This document shows positions 46,313-55,788 of a stretch of 64,000 nt of DNA, in pieces (the stretch's first letter is position 1; each line of letters begins with the position of its first letter). A program made the translations under genes and the position numbers. Location of the stretch: the NCBI GenBank assembly GCA_017429985.1, contig JAFRNW010000011.1, positions 3,995 through 67,994 of the forward strand, written 5' to 3'. A model generated the notes under the pieces. That model worked only from the letters and a program-made list of their open reading frames with translations, did no database searches and had not been told where the DNA came from. The DNA comes from Clostridia bacterium. Lineage in GTDB: Bacteria > Bacillota > Clostridia > Christensenellales > CAG-138.

Positions 46313-47740
46313 ATGGCAAGATACGATGACCCTTCCTTCCGCGAAAGCATGCGGCTCCGCCTGGACTACAACAACATGATGTCCGACATGCTCGGCGAAC
46401 GCGGGATCCGGGAAGATGAGATTGACGGCATTTCCGATCAGCTCGATCAGGCGGCGCGCGCGCTGGTCGACAACCGCGGCAATATGCGCTGGAGAGAACT
46501 GCCGTACAATCAGGAGCAGATCGTCGAAGACATCATCAAAGCTGCAGAGGAGATCCGGAAGCGCTGCGAATACTTCGTGGTTCTGGGTATCGGCGGCAGC
46601 GCGCTCGGTCCGATCGCCGTACAGCAGGCGCTGAATCATCTGCGCTACAACGAGCTTCCGAACCGCAAGCGCAAGGGACCGAGATTCTACGTTCTTGACA
46701 ACGTCGACCCGGAGACCATGACCGCGCTGTTTGACGTCATCGAGCCGGACAAGACCGTTTTCAACGTCATCACCAAGTCGGGCGGGACCAGTGAGACCAT
46801 GTCCCAGCTTCTGATCGTTTCCGATATCCTCCATTCCATGTACGGGGATAAGATCTCCGATCACCTGATCGCCGTAACGGATGAATCCAAGGGCAATCTG
46901 ATCAAGATCGCACGGCTGGAGGGGCTCTGCACCTTCTATGTGCCGGACGGCGTCGGCGGCAGGTTCTCCGAACTCTGCCCCGTCGGTCTGCTGCCCGCGG
47001 CGGTATGCGGCATCGACATCCGTGAACTTCTCGCAGGCGCTGCCTATATGGACGGGATCTGCGCCGAGGAGGATGTCCGCAAGAACCCCGCCTATATGCT
47101 CGGCACGCTGTCCTACATCGCCATGCGGCGTGGGATCAACATCCATGTCATGATGCCTTACGCGGACTCCCTGAAATATATCTCCGACTGGTTTGCGCAG
47201 CTCTGGGCGGAATCCCTCGGGAAGCTTGTCCACCGTGACGGTTCCGACGCGCACGCCGGCCAGACGCCGGTCAAGGCGCTCGGCGTTACCGACCAGCATT
47301 CACAGGTACAGCTCTATACGGAAGGCCCGTTCGACAAGATCATCACGTTCCTCGGCGTTGAGAAGTTCCGTTCGAAGGTCGCGATTCCGCTCCGGTATGA
47401 GGACATCCATGACGTATCGTTCCTGTCCGGCCACTCCCTGAACGAACTCCTGCAGACCGAGCAGCACGCCACGGAATACGCGGTCATGAAGAGCGGTCAT
47501 CTTTCCGAAACGATCACGCTGCCGGAAGTCAACGCATTCACGATCGGCGAGCTGCTTTACATGTTTGAAGTCATGACTGCCTTTACGGGGGAACTGCTGG
47601 ATATCGACACGTTCAACCAGCCCGGCGTGGAAGAGGGCAAGAACGCTACCTACGCCATGCTCGGCAAACCCGGGTACGACGAAAAGCGTGCGGAACTGGA
47701 ATCCCAGCCCGCAAAAAACGAGAAATACATCCTTGCATGA
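46313..47740 (+). CDS. pgi: Glucose-6-phosphate isomerase
   Basis: ..VVLGIGGSALGP.., ..ITKSGGTSET.., ..VGGRFS... Confidence 0.9.
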   Translation: MARYDDPSFRESMRLRLDYNNMMSDMLGERGIREDEIDGISDQLDQAARALVDNRGNMRWRELPYNQEQIVEDIIKAAEEIRKRCEYFVVLGIGGSALGPIAVQQALNHLRYNELPNRKRKGPRFYVLDNVDPETMTALFDVIEPDKTVFNVITKSGGTSETMSQLLIVSDILHSMYGDKISDHLIAVTDESKGNLIKIARLEGLCTFYVPDGVGGRFSELCPVGLLPAAVCGIDIRELLAGAAYMDGICAEEDVRKNPAYMLGTLSYIAMRRGINIHVMMPYADSLKYISDWFAQLWAESLGKLVHRDGSDAHAGQTPVKALGVTDQHSQVQLYTEGPFDKIITFLGVEKFRSKVAIPLRYEDIHDVSFLSGHSLNELLQTEQHATEYAVMKSGHLSETITLPEVNAFTIGELLYMFEVMTAFTGELLDIDTFNQPGVEEGKNATYAMLGKPGYDEKRAELESQPAKNEKYILA

Positions 47741-48384
47741 CAAAAAAACTGGCGGTTTTCGATCTGGACGGAACGGTTCTTGACACGCTTGCAGATCTTG
47801 CCGGAGCATTGAACCACGCACTTCGCGAACACGGTTTTCCCGAGCGGACTCCCGAGCAGGTACGCCTTGCAATCGGCGGAGGGCTGAGAAGGATGATAGA
47901 CCGAAGTGTTCCGGACACCGTCCCGTCGGAAAGAAAGGAACCCGTTTTCCGTTCGTTCGTCGAGCGCTACGCGTCCCATTTTATGGATAAGACCGAGCCC
48001 TATGAAGGCGTTCCCGGTCTGCTTCAGACCCTGAAGGACACGGGAATGCTCCTTGCGCTGGTAACGAACAAGGACGCCCGCATGGCGGAACCGCTCTGTG
48101 ATACCTTCTTCCCCGGTATGTTCGACCTTGTCGTCGGACACACGCCCGGTCTGCGATCCAAACCGGCTCCGGACGGGGTCGAGTCCGTACTGAACGCTCT
48201 GTCCGTTCCGGCAGGCGAAGCCGTTTATATCGGTGACTCGGAAGTGGACGCCAAAACCGCGGAGAACGCTGGCACGGATTCCGTTATCGTCTCATGGGGA
48301 TACCGTACTGTGTCCGAGCTGGAGAATCTGGGCATCCGTGATCCCGTTCCTGATCCGGAGACGCTTCTCTCCCGGCTCCTTTGA
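47737..48384 (+). CDS. HAD-superfamily hydrolase (phosphoglycolate phosphatase-like)
   Basis: VFDLDGTVLDT motif I and ..YIGDSEVD.. motif IV. 4-nt overlap with pgi. Confidence 0.8.
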   Translation: MTKKLAVFDLDGTVLDTLADLAGALNHALREHGFPERTPEQVRLAIGGGLRRMIDRSVPDTVPSERKEPVFRSFVERYASHFMDKTEPYEGVPGLLQTLKDTGMLLALVTNKDARMAEPLCDTFFPGMFDLVVGHTPGLRSKPAPDGVESVLNALSVPAGEAVYIGDSEVDAKTAENAGTDSVIVSWGYRTVSELENLGIRDPVPDPETLLSRLL

Positions 48385-48404
48385 AAATCGCCCTGTCAGT
48401 CCCT

Positions 48405-48447
48405 AAAAAATGAGACGGCTTCCATAACGGAAGCCGTCCTTTTTATT
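48405..48447. terminator. Bidirectional rho-independent terminator
   Basis: GACGGCTTCC-ataac-GGAAGCCGTC, flanked by an A-run upstream and a T-run downstream, between convergent genes. Confidence 0.75.
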
Positions 48448-48466
48448 ATCTTATTATGCTGATAAC

Positions 48467-49357
48467 TCAGCGTCCCGAATCGTGGATCCTCTTGAAGTTG
48501 CCGCGTGTCTCCTTCACGGATGAAACGCTGACAAACGCGTCCGGAAACGCTGCGATAAGCCGGTAGAAATGGGTAAGCTGATGTTTGTTGATCACGCAGA
48601 TCAGGACCGTCTTTTCCTGATGCGAATAGCCGCCTTCCGCGCGCAGGATCGTCGCCGTATGGCGGAGTTCGCGGATGAGCAGATTGCTGATCTCTTCAGG
48701 ACGGCTCGTGATGATCTCGATCCGAAGCGCCTCCTTATTTCCCTCGATGATATAGTCGCTGACGCGGGTGGTCAGATAGCAGTAAATGATGCACAGAATG
48801 ACCGGCTCGATATCCCACCCGTACACAAAGTAACTGCTGACCGCCACGACGGTATTGATCAGAAAGATGATATGGGTAAACGAATAGGCCGGATAAGACC
48901 GGTGGACAAGAGCGGCGACATAATCCGTTCCTCCTGTGCTCGCGCCCGCCCGAATCGTAACGCCGCAGATGAATCCGCTGATCGTTCCCGCCGCTACGGG
49001 AGCGAGAAGTGTGGAACGCCCGTCGGCCGTATGATAGATGAACCGGCTGAGATCAATGACGCCGCGCTGCATCAGCAGCAGCGATTCCGAAAACACGAGC
49101 ACAAATACAAGCGTTTTCAGGCTGAAGTGCCGGTCCACGAACAAAAAGGCAATGAGCGCAAGCGGGATGTTGATGATCAGCGAAGAGTAACCGATACTGA
49201 ACGAGAACAGATACTGGATCATCGTGGCAATTCCGTTTATCCCCGCAGGCGCGAATGCGTTGTGAAGAATAAAAATCTGATAATTCAGCGCCATCAGAAT
49301 GCCCATGAAAAAGACGAGCACGTATTCCAGAACGTGCCTTGCAAAAGAATGTTTCAT
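48467..49357 (-). CDS. YitT-family membrane protein (with DUF2179-like C-terminal domain)
   Basis: ..NYQIFILHNAFAPAGINGIATMIQY.., ..GASTGGTDYVA... Confidence 0.7.
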   Translation of the reverse strand: MKHSFARHVLEYVLVFFMGILMALNYQIFILHNAFAPAGINGIATMIQYLFSFSIGYSSLIINIPLALIAFLFVDRHFSLKTLVFVLVFSESLLLMQRGVIDLSRFIYHTADGRSTLLAPVAAGTISGFICGVTIRAGASTGGTDYVAALVHRSYPAYSFTHIIFLINTVVAVSSYFVYGWDIEPVILCIIYCYLTTRVSDYIIEGNKEALRIEIITSRPEEISNLLIRELRHTATILRAEGGYSHQEKTVLICVINKHQLTHFYRLIAAFPDAFVSVSSVKETRGNFKRIHDSGR

Positions 49358-49452
49358 GTCCGCCTCTCAAATAAAAACGATATGTCAGGAAGGATTCGTC
49401 CCGGCAACTCAGCCGGGTTTCCGGGGCAGCGTCAGCACCGCTCCATACTTCC

Positions 49453-49490
49453 GCAAAAAAGGGGGCCGGACATCTGTTCGCCCGAACCCC
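49453..49490 (-). terminator. Rho-independent terminator after the CofE-like gene
   Basis: GGGG..CGGGC/..CCGGCCCC imperfect stem followed by UUUUUUGC on the minus strand. Confidence 0.5.
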
Positions 49491-49508
49491 GAAAAACAAG
49501 CGTATTAC

Positions 49509-50708
49509 TTATTCCTCATCGATGGAGAAGTTGTCAAAGTATCCCTGAACGAGGACCACAGGCGTGCCCTTGTCTCCGCTTCCGGATGTCAGATCGCAAA
49601 GAGAACCGATCAGATCGGTGATCCTTCTCGGGGTAGTTCCTTCCGAAACCATGTTCCCAACCAGATCGCTTTCCTTTTTGCTGATATACTCGGCGATCGC
49701 CGCTTCCAGCTGCTCGCCCTTCAGATCCTTGAAGTCGTTATCCGCAAGATATTTCAGCTTCACTTCGTTAGGCTGACCGCGAAGGCCGTCGGTGCATGCC
49801 GGGCAGACGACCGGATCCGCAAGTTCCCAGATCTTTCCGACCGGATCCTTGAACGCGCCGTCTCCGTATACCATGACTTCGATGTTCCTTCCGGTCTTTT
49901 CCTTCAGCTGTGCCGCGATCCCTTCCACGACCTGCTTACAGTCACGCGGGAACAGTTTGACGCGGTCCTCCTGTGCCTTGTTGCTTCCGTAGAGGCCATA
50001 GTCGCGGTTAAAGCCGCTCCCGTCCACGGACTCCGTCAGGATATCGTCCATGCCGAGCACTACCTCCGCGCCGGCGTTCTTCAGATACCGTTTGCTGCGC
50101 TGTCTCGTGTGGATATCGCAGCAGAGCACGTGATCCGTATACTTCAGAATCGCTCTCGGATCGTTTGCGAAGATGATCTCCGCCTCGCAGCCGGCCGCCT
50201 CGATCAGATCATGATAATACGCAACATAGTCCATGCCGGTGAAGGGATGTTTCGGATATCCGAACAGTTCGCGGTACTGTTTCTCCGTCAGCACGTCCGT
50301 ATACGGATTGACACCCTTTTCGTCGAGCAGATCTTCGGAGAACAGATGGTTTCCGACTTCATCGGACGGATAGCTGAGCTGCACGACCAGCTTCTTCGCG
50401 CCCATCGCGAACGCTCTCAAAAGGATCGCGAAGCGGTTCCTGCTGAGGATCGGGAACAGGATGCCGACCGTTTCCCCGCCGAGCTTGTTCCTGAAGTCCT
50501 TGGAAATCTGTTCCGTCGTCGCATAGTTCCCCTGTGCGCGCGCTACGACCGCTTCCGTGACCGCAACGACATCCCTGTCATGAAAATAGAAGTCGCCGTG
50601 ATAGGATGCATTCATGAGCGCGTTGACCGTGATCTTGACGATATCGTCACCCTCACGGATGATCGGGGTGCGGATGCCGCGTGCAACTGTTCCAACTAAT
50701 CTGATCAT
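49509..50708 (-). CDS. CofE-like (F420-0:gamma-glutamyl ligase family) protein
   Basis: MIRLVGTVARGIRTPIIREGDDIV..DRDVVAVTEAVVARAQGN... RBS GGGAGGG lies before the ATG at 50708. Confidence 0.55.
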   Translation of the reverse strand: MIRLVGTVARGIRTPIIREGDDIVKITVNALMNASYHGDFYFHDRDVVAVTEAVVARAQGNYATTEQISKDFRNKLGGETVGILFPILSRNRFAILLRAFAMGAKKLVVQLSYPSDEVGNHLFSEDLLDEKGVNPYTDVLTEKQYRELFGYPKHPFTGMDYVAYYHDLIEAAGCEAEIIFANDPRAILKYTDHVLCCDIHTRQRSKRYLKNAGAEVVLGMDDILTESVDGSGFNRDYGLYGSNKAQEDRVKLFPRDCKQVVEGIAAQLKEKTGRNIEVMVYGDGAFKDPVGKIWELADPVVCPACTDGLRGQPNEVKLKYLADNDFKDLKGEQLEAAIAEYISKKESDLVGNMVSEGTTPRRITDLIGSLCDLTSGSGDKGTPVVLVQGYFDNFSIDEE

Positions 50709-50929
50709 ATGTCCCTCCCGTAAGTGTCTGCCCGCCGGACAAAAATCCGGGGGAGAATCAGTGCAAAAATCATATACAAAAAACAAGTATTATTCTATCC
50801 GAAACCTACCCCGTGCGCAATTAAAAATTTCGGAGAACACCGGATCGATTCGCCCGGGGCGGAAAAGGAATACGGCCGTTCTCTTTGCCCTGCACGGGTA
50901 TGGGTCTCAAATCATATAGCACTACGCCG

Positions 50930-51715
50930 TCAGCGGAACAGTTCCGGACGCCTGTCCGCCCAGACGGGTCTTCTCATCTGTTCCTCATCCACTTCCGCAA
51001 GGTCCAGGTCGGCAAAAATGACGTCCTGTCCGGAATCCGCTGAAACAAGTACGTTTCCTCTCGGCGCGACGATCGCGGAGCCGCCCCGGTTCTGGCCTTG
51101 TCTGTTCGGAGGGGTGGAAGAGTTCGCGACAAGAAAAATTTCGTTTTCCATCGCACGGGTTTTCAGAAAAGCCGTAAGCTGTTCGGAACGGCTTTTCGGC
51201 CACTGGGCGGAAACGAACATCATTTTGACAGGCGGTTCCGCTACCGCTCTGCAAATCTCCGGGAACCGGATATCATAGCAGATAATCGCGGTGCACGGTA
51301 CGCCGTCCAGCAGAAAAGATCCGAACGTATTCCCTGCCCGATAGGCAACGTTCTCCCCGAAACGGGAAAGCAGATGGATCTTGTCGTAGCGGAACACGCA
51401 CTCCCCCTGTCTGTCGAACACATAGGTGGTATTGTAGATTCCTCCGTCCCTTCGGTCGGAAACGGATCCTCCCACGATATTGACAGCGTGCTTTCTGGAA
51501 AGCGCGCCGAGCAGGCGCTTTGTCCGTTCCCCGTTCGTATCGCTCGCCTGATCCAGGCCTTCCCGCGGGATATACCCGGTATTCCACGTTTCCGGCAACG
51601 TAATGACATCCGGACGGAGAGATGCTGCGACCTCTTCTATCCGCTCCGACACCGTTCTGTAATTCTGATCCGGATCCAGAGACAGGTTGTCCATCTGAAT
51701 GCAGGCTACTTTCAT
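50930..51715 (-). CDS. Carbon-nitrogen hydrolase (nitrilase superfamily)
   Basis: Glu-Lys-Cys triad context: ..ITLPETWNTGY.., ..YDKIHL.., ..AIICYDIRFPE... Confidence 0.8.
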   Translation of the reverse strand: MKVACIQMDNLSLDPDQNYRTVSERIEEVAASLRPDVITLPETWNTGYIPREGLDQASDTNGERTKRLLGALSRKHAVNIVGGSVSDRRDGGIYNTTYVFDRQGECVFRYDKIHLLSRFGENVAYRAGNTFGSFLLDGVPCTAIICYDIRFPEICRAVAEPPVKMMFVSAQWPKSRSEQLTAFLKTRAMENEIFLVANSSTPPNRQGQNRGGSAIVAPRGNVLVSADSGQDVIFADLDLAEVDEEQMRRPVWADRRPELFR

Positions 51716-51787
51716 TTCTCCCATCCTTTCCGGGAAATCGGTCAGGCGGTCTGCCTTTTCCCTTCCCGTTTTCGAAAAACGTGTCGT

Positions 51788-53146
51788 TCAGCGGAGGATC
51801 AGGCCGAGCGGGACCGCGCGTTCCATTTCACTCCGGTCGCACCTGTTCCGGTCTGTCATCTTAAGGCTCCGCTCATTCCGGACGAGGATCTGCGCGGATC
51901 CTCCCCCGTCCAGATTGATCCCGTTCACGATACCGGCTTCTATGCAGTATTGTGCCATCTCCAGAAGCGTCGCCCCGAGGCTGTCCTTTCCGGGCTCGTG
52001 CCCGATCTTTGCCGCTCCCTCCGCCCAGATCACGACAGGCTTTCCGCCGCTGTCGCTTCCGATCGCCATTCTCGCGGCGCGGTCCCGGTCATACCGGTGC
52101 GGATACAGGCTGGGAGGATACGCGATCCAGTGAAAGGGATCTTTGATATTGTAGAAAGATGAAACAAACGACTCCGTTCCGGTTCCGCCGACGACCGTGC
52201 TGTTGCCCGTCTGGATACCGAACAGGACATCCTCCATGCCGTAATACATGACCGATTCCCCGGGAAAAGCGATCTGCTCCTCCGTATGCAGAACGAATCC
52301 GGACCCGGGGACAGGCGTGCCCCCTCCGCCGCAGACCGCTGTGACCCGGTCCCCCACGATGACCGTGTCCCATCCGCCGGCGCGTTTTGTCCTGCTGCAG
52401 GAGGGTCTTACGAAGATAACCGCGTTTTTACCGTGCAGATACCGTTTCCCTCCGATCCCGATCTCAAGTTTCCGGATGTCCGGAATCTCCACGGAAGCCG
52501 TTCCTTTATTTCGGATCAGGAACGCCTCCCGATGAAACAGCGGAGGATTCAGGATCACGCCGTCCTTCACCATGAGGCCGATCGGTGTACCGACATGATC
52601 GAACGGGGTCGCGCAGTCGAAACTGTCCATGACAAAAAACGGGGCGTTGCATTTGAACGCCGAAGGTTCCGATTCCGAGAGAAATCCAAGCCCGTCCCCG
52701 ACCGGAATGATCTTTGTGAAAGGAAGCTTCCCGCAGACGGTGCCGATACTTCCGGACCGTTCCAGCATCTCCAGAAAAGCGCGGACGCGTTCATCCGAAG
52801 CACGGACCCCTCCTTTCCGCACCCGGGCGTACTGACGCAGAAGAAAGGCCGCTTTTGTCAGACGGTCGTCCGTCCCGATCCGTCCTGTCAGGCCGGGAAC
52901 ATCGGGAACCTCAAGCCCCTCCGGCAGCCGGAACAGGATCATCCTTCCGAACAGCCAGGGACACGCGGGGACGATGAACTCCCGGTACAGGGAAACGATG
53001 CCCGCAAAAACGCGGTCCGACGTCTCCGGGTGAAGGAAATCAAGGGATGCCCATCCGTTCAGGCGGACGATCTGAACCCTCTGGATCTCCCCGTCCCCCA
53101 GCGGATATACTTTCGTTTCCGATTGTACCCGGCAGTCCCGCTCCAT
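51788..53146 (-). CDS. Phosphodiester glycosidase (DUF2233/NAGPA-like) family protein without signal peptide
   Basis: C-terminal ..NGINLDGGGSAQILV... No N-terminal hydrophobic segment. Confidence 0.6.
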   Translation of the reverse strand: MERDCRVQSETKVYPLGDGEIQRVQIVRLNGWASLDFLHPETSDRVFAGIVSLYREFIVPACPWLFGRMILFRLPEGLEVPDVPGLTGRIGTDDRLTKAAFLLRQYARVRKGGVRASDERVRAFLEMLERSGSIGTVCGKLPFTKIIPVGDGLGFLSESEPSAFKCNAPFFVMDSFDCATPFDHVGTPIGLMVKDGVILNPPLFHREAFLIRNKGTASVEIPDIRKLEIGIGGKRYLHGKNAVIFVRPSCSRTKRAGGWDTVIVGDRVTAVCGGGGTPVPGSGFVLHTEEQIAFPGESVMYYGMEDVLFGIQTGNSTVVGGTGTESFVSSFYNIKDPFHWIAYPPSLYPHRYDRDRAARMAIGSDSGGKPVVIWAEGAAKIGHEPGKDSLGATLLEMAQYCIEAGIVNGINLDGGGSAQILVRNERSLKMTDRNRCDRSEMERAVPLGLILR

Positions 53147-53149
53147 CCT

Positions 53150-53845
53150 TCAGACGGTCCCATCAGCTTTTGGGTATTCCGTGCAGAGCAGCCGGTAGGG
53201 CGGCTCATCCTCCTCGATCTCCGGGAACCGTCCGACCGGCGGATTGAAACGGTTGTCGTTGGCGTCGTCGTTGCACTGCGACACCTCTCCCAGAAGCACG
53301 CTTCCCGTCCCGGGCTCCACTTCGAAATCATGATAGAGATACTGCGTGACGAAAATGGATTCCCCGGGGGTCAGCCGGATCTGCGTCCCGGCGGGTACCG
53401 TCATTTCCCTTCCGTCTATATGGAGGGTGACATCGGAATCGGTATCGACCGATTCATCCGGATTGGAATTGTACACCCGGATCAGCACATTTCCGCCGCC
53501 CCGGTTGATGATATCTTCCGTCTTCTGCCAGTGAAAATGATTGGGAGAATACTGCCCTTCTTTCAGATACAGAAGCTTTTCAGCATACACCTTGGGATAC
53601 TTTTCCGGTATCTGGCGGCTCCCGTTCCGGATCGTGATCAGGGAAAAGCCCATCCTGTCAAAGTCTCCCCCGCCGTAATCGGTAATGTCCCAGCCGAGAC
53701 CGCAGTCACGGACCTCGTCATATTCGTGCCCCTTCGTTTTCCATTCTTCCGGGGTAAAATGGCAGAACGGAGGAAGGAAGCAATGATATGCTTCACACAT
53801 GGCTTCCATTTCTCTGAGTGCTCTGTTGATTTCCGACCGTTTCAT
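53150..53845 (-). CDS. D-lyxose/D-mannose ketol-isomerase (cupin)
   Basis: ..EGQYSPNHFHWQKTEDIINRGGG... The start is at MKRSEINRALREME. Confidence 0.7.
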   Translation of the reverse strand: MKRSEINRALREMEAMCEAYHCFLPPFCHFTPEEWKTKGHEYDEVRDCGLGWDITDYGGGDFDRMGFSLITIRNGSRQIPEKYPKVYAEKLLYLKEGQYSPNHFHWQKTEDIINRGGGNVLIRVYNSNPDESVDTDSDVTLHIDGREMTVPAGTQIRLTPGESIFVTQYLYHDFEVEPGTGSVLLGEVSQCNDDANDNRFNPPVGRFPEIEEDEPPYRLLCTEYPKADGTV

Positions 53846-53992
53846 GTCCGTATTCTCCTGTCTTTTCCCAGTCTTGCGTTTCTCTGTCTTTTCTTTTATT
53901 TTATTATACACGCTTTCCGTCCCGAACAGCAGGACAAAACGGGCCGCTGCAGCAAGCGTGTCACGATCCGCCGTCACAGGAACGGGGAAACC

Positions 53993-55567
53993 CTAAAGCA
54001 AAGGAGCGACCGCCTTCAGGATGCCGCCCGCCAACCGGGAAAGCAGTTTCTCTTCTTTCAGCCGCTCCGGGGTGACCGGTTCGCACGCGGGAATCGTCTT
54101 TTGGAAGTCTTCCTCGATCTCCGCGATGCACGGAACGCCGTACAGGATCGCGCCGCATTCGAAATGGTGGTAAAGACTGCGGTAGTCCAGGTTGATGGAG
54201 CCGACAAACGCGCGGTTCCCGTCCGCGACAACGGATTTGGAATGGAGGAACCCCGGCGTGTACGTATAGATCTTGACGCCTGCCTCCACAAGAACCGGGA
54301 AATAGGTCTTGGCCAGAAGATAAGCGAACTTCTTGTCCGGAATTCCCGGAAGGATAAGGCTGACGTCCACCCCGCGCTGCGCGGCAAAGCAAACGGCATT
54401 CTGAAGCTCCCCGTCCAGAATCAGATAGGGCGACATGATATGCACATAGCGCTCCGCCCGGTTGAGAAAGTCCATATAGACCTGCTCCCCGACCTTTTCG
54501 TTATCGAACGGATTGTCCCCGAACGGGAGGACAAAGCCTTCCGCCTCCTGCGGCTCCGCCGTGTTCCGGATCACGGTCTTCTCCTGCGTTTTGGTGGAAT
54601 CGGACACTTCCCACATTTCCAAAAACATCAGAAGAAAGCTTTCGACGGCAGATCCTTCCACCCGGATCCCGGAATCCTTCCAGTATCCGAAGGGATGCAG
54701 GAGATTGACATACTCGTCCGCAAGATTCACGCCGCCCGTATATGCGATCTTTCCGTCGATCACCAGGATCTTCCGGTGATCGCGGTAATTATAGTGGGTG
54801 GATATAAACGGACGCAGCGGGGAAAACATGTGGCATTCGATTCCAAGCGCATGGAGCCGCTTGGAATAATCGTGCGGAAGCCGCGTCAGCTCGCAGGTCC
54901 CGTCATAGAGAACGCGTACGGTGAGCCCGTCTTGTACCTTCCGTTCCAGGATATCCAGGATCTCCCTCCACATTTCCCCTTCCTGAATGATGAAGTACTC
55001 CAGGAAGATGCAGGACTCCGCGTTCTCAAGATCCGTCAGCAGGGCCTGCCAGTAATCCTCCCCGCTCGAAAAGTAACGGACCGCGGTATCCTGATAGACC
55101 GGATAGCATCCGGTGGACGCAATATATTTCGCGACCGCCGCCTCCTGCGGCTCCCGTTCGGCCAGCTTCCGCATCACCTCCGGGTCCTGCCGGATCGCGG
55201 AGCGGTTCAACCCGATCTTGCTGTTGACCCGCCGTGAAAAGGAACGGTTTCCCCAGTTGCCCTTTACAAAGAAATAGAAAGCCCCGCCTATCACGGGGGC
55301 GATGGCGATCAGGATCAGCCAGGTGATCTTTGCCGAAGGATCCATACGGCTGTTGATCAGGATCGCGACCGTCACGAACTGAAATACGATCGTTGCGCCG
55401 ACGATCGTGTCCGACAGCCATCTGGCAAAGTTCAGCGTCAGGAGAAACAGCAGTCCCGCGCCCGCCGCGAGAAGCAGCAGGATGATCCCGGTTCTGCTGA
55501 AGATGACGCGCATGACGCCTCGTCTGCCTGTTTTTAAAAGATGCCTGACACTTCTGTGCTGTTCCAT
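53993..55567 (-). CDS. cls: Cardiolipin synthase
   Basis: Two HKD motifs, HRKILVIDG..GGVNLADEY and HSKSVVADG..GSINLDYRS, plus N-terminal TM helices. Confidence 0.9.
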   Translation of the reverse strand: MEQHRSVRHLLKTGRRGVMRVIFSRTGIILLLLAAGAGLLFLLTLNFARWLSDTIVGATIVFQFVTVAILINSRMDPSAKITWLILIAIAPVIGGAFYFFVKGNWGNRSFSRRVNSKIGLNRSAIRQDPEVMRKLAEREPQEAAVAKYIASTGCYPVYQDTAVRYFSSGEDYWQALLTDLENAESCIFLEYFIIQEGEMWREILDILERKVQDGLTVRVLYDGTCELTRLPHDYSKRLHALGIECHMFSPLRPFISTHYNYRDHRKILVIDGKIAYTGGVNLADEYVNLLHPFGYWKDSGIRVEGSAVESFLLMFLEMWEVSDSTKTQEKTVIRNTAEPQEAEGFVLPFGDNPFDNEKVGEQVYMDFLNRAERYVHIMSPYLILDGELQNAVCFAAQRGVDVSLILPGIPDKKFAYLLAKTYFPVLVEAGVKIYTYTPGFLHSKSVVADGNRAFVGSINLDYRSLYHHFECGAILYGVPCIAEIEEDFQKTIPACEPVTPERLKEEKLLSRLAGGILKAVAPLL

Positions 55568-55715
55568 AGATTCCCCGTATCCGGTCGGTCCGTTTCCTTT
55601 TTATGAAGGACAATCCCATTATACTGTATATGGAACGGAAACAGCCATAACGGTGACGCGTTTCTTTTTCGAAACCGGGTATCCTAAACGGGTCATTTCG
55701 CGCACCCGAATCATG

Positions 55716-55747
55716 CAGAAAACCCTGCGGGCTGACCTTCCGCAGGG
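55716..55747 (-). terminator. Rho-independent terminator after the DUF4153 gene
   Basis: CCCTGCGG/CCGCAGGG stem followed by UUUUCUGC on the minus strand. Confidence 0.7.
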
Positions 55748-55788
55748 TCCTGTGAATACGTGATTCCGTTGTGTTTCTGTTCAGGCGC

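Noticed and set aside
52286-55237. 983-aa plus-strand ORF, the longest in the track.
   Set aside because: It is antisense to the phosphodiester glycosidase, lyxose isomerase and cardiolipin synthase genes, which carry clear catalytic motifs. Its product is Arg/Pro/Gly/His-rich and low-complexity, with no recognisable domain. That is typical of an open antisense frame in GC-rich coding DNA.
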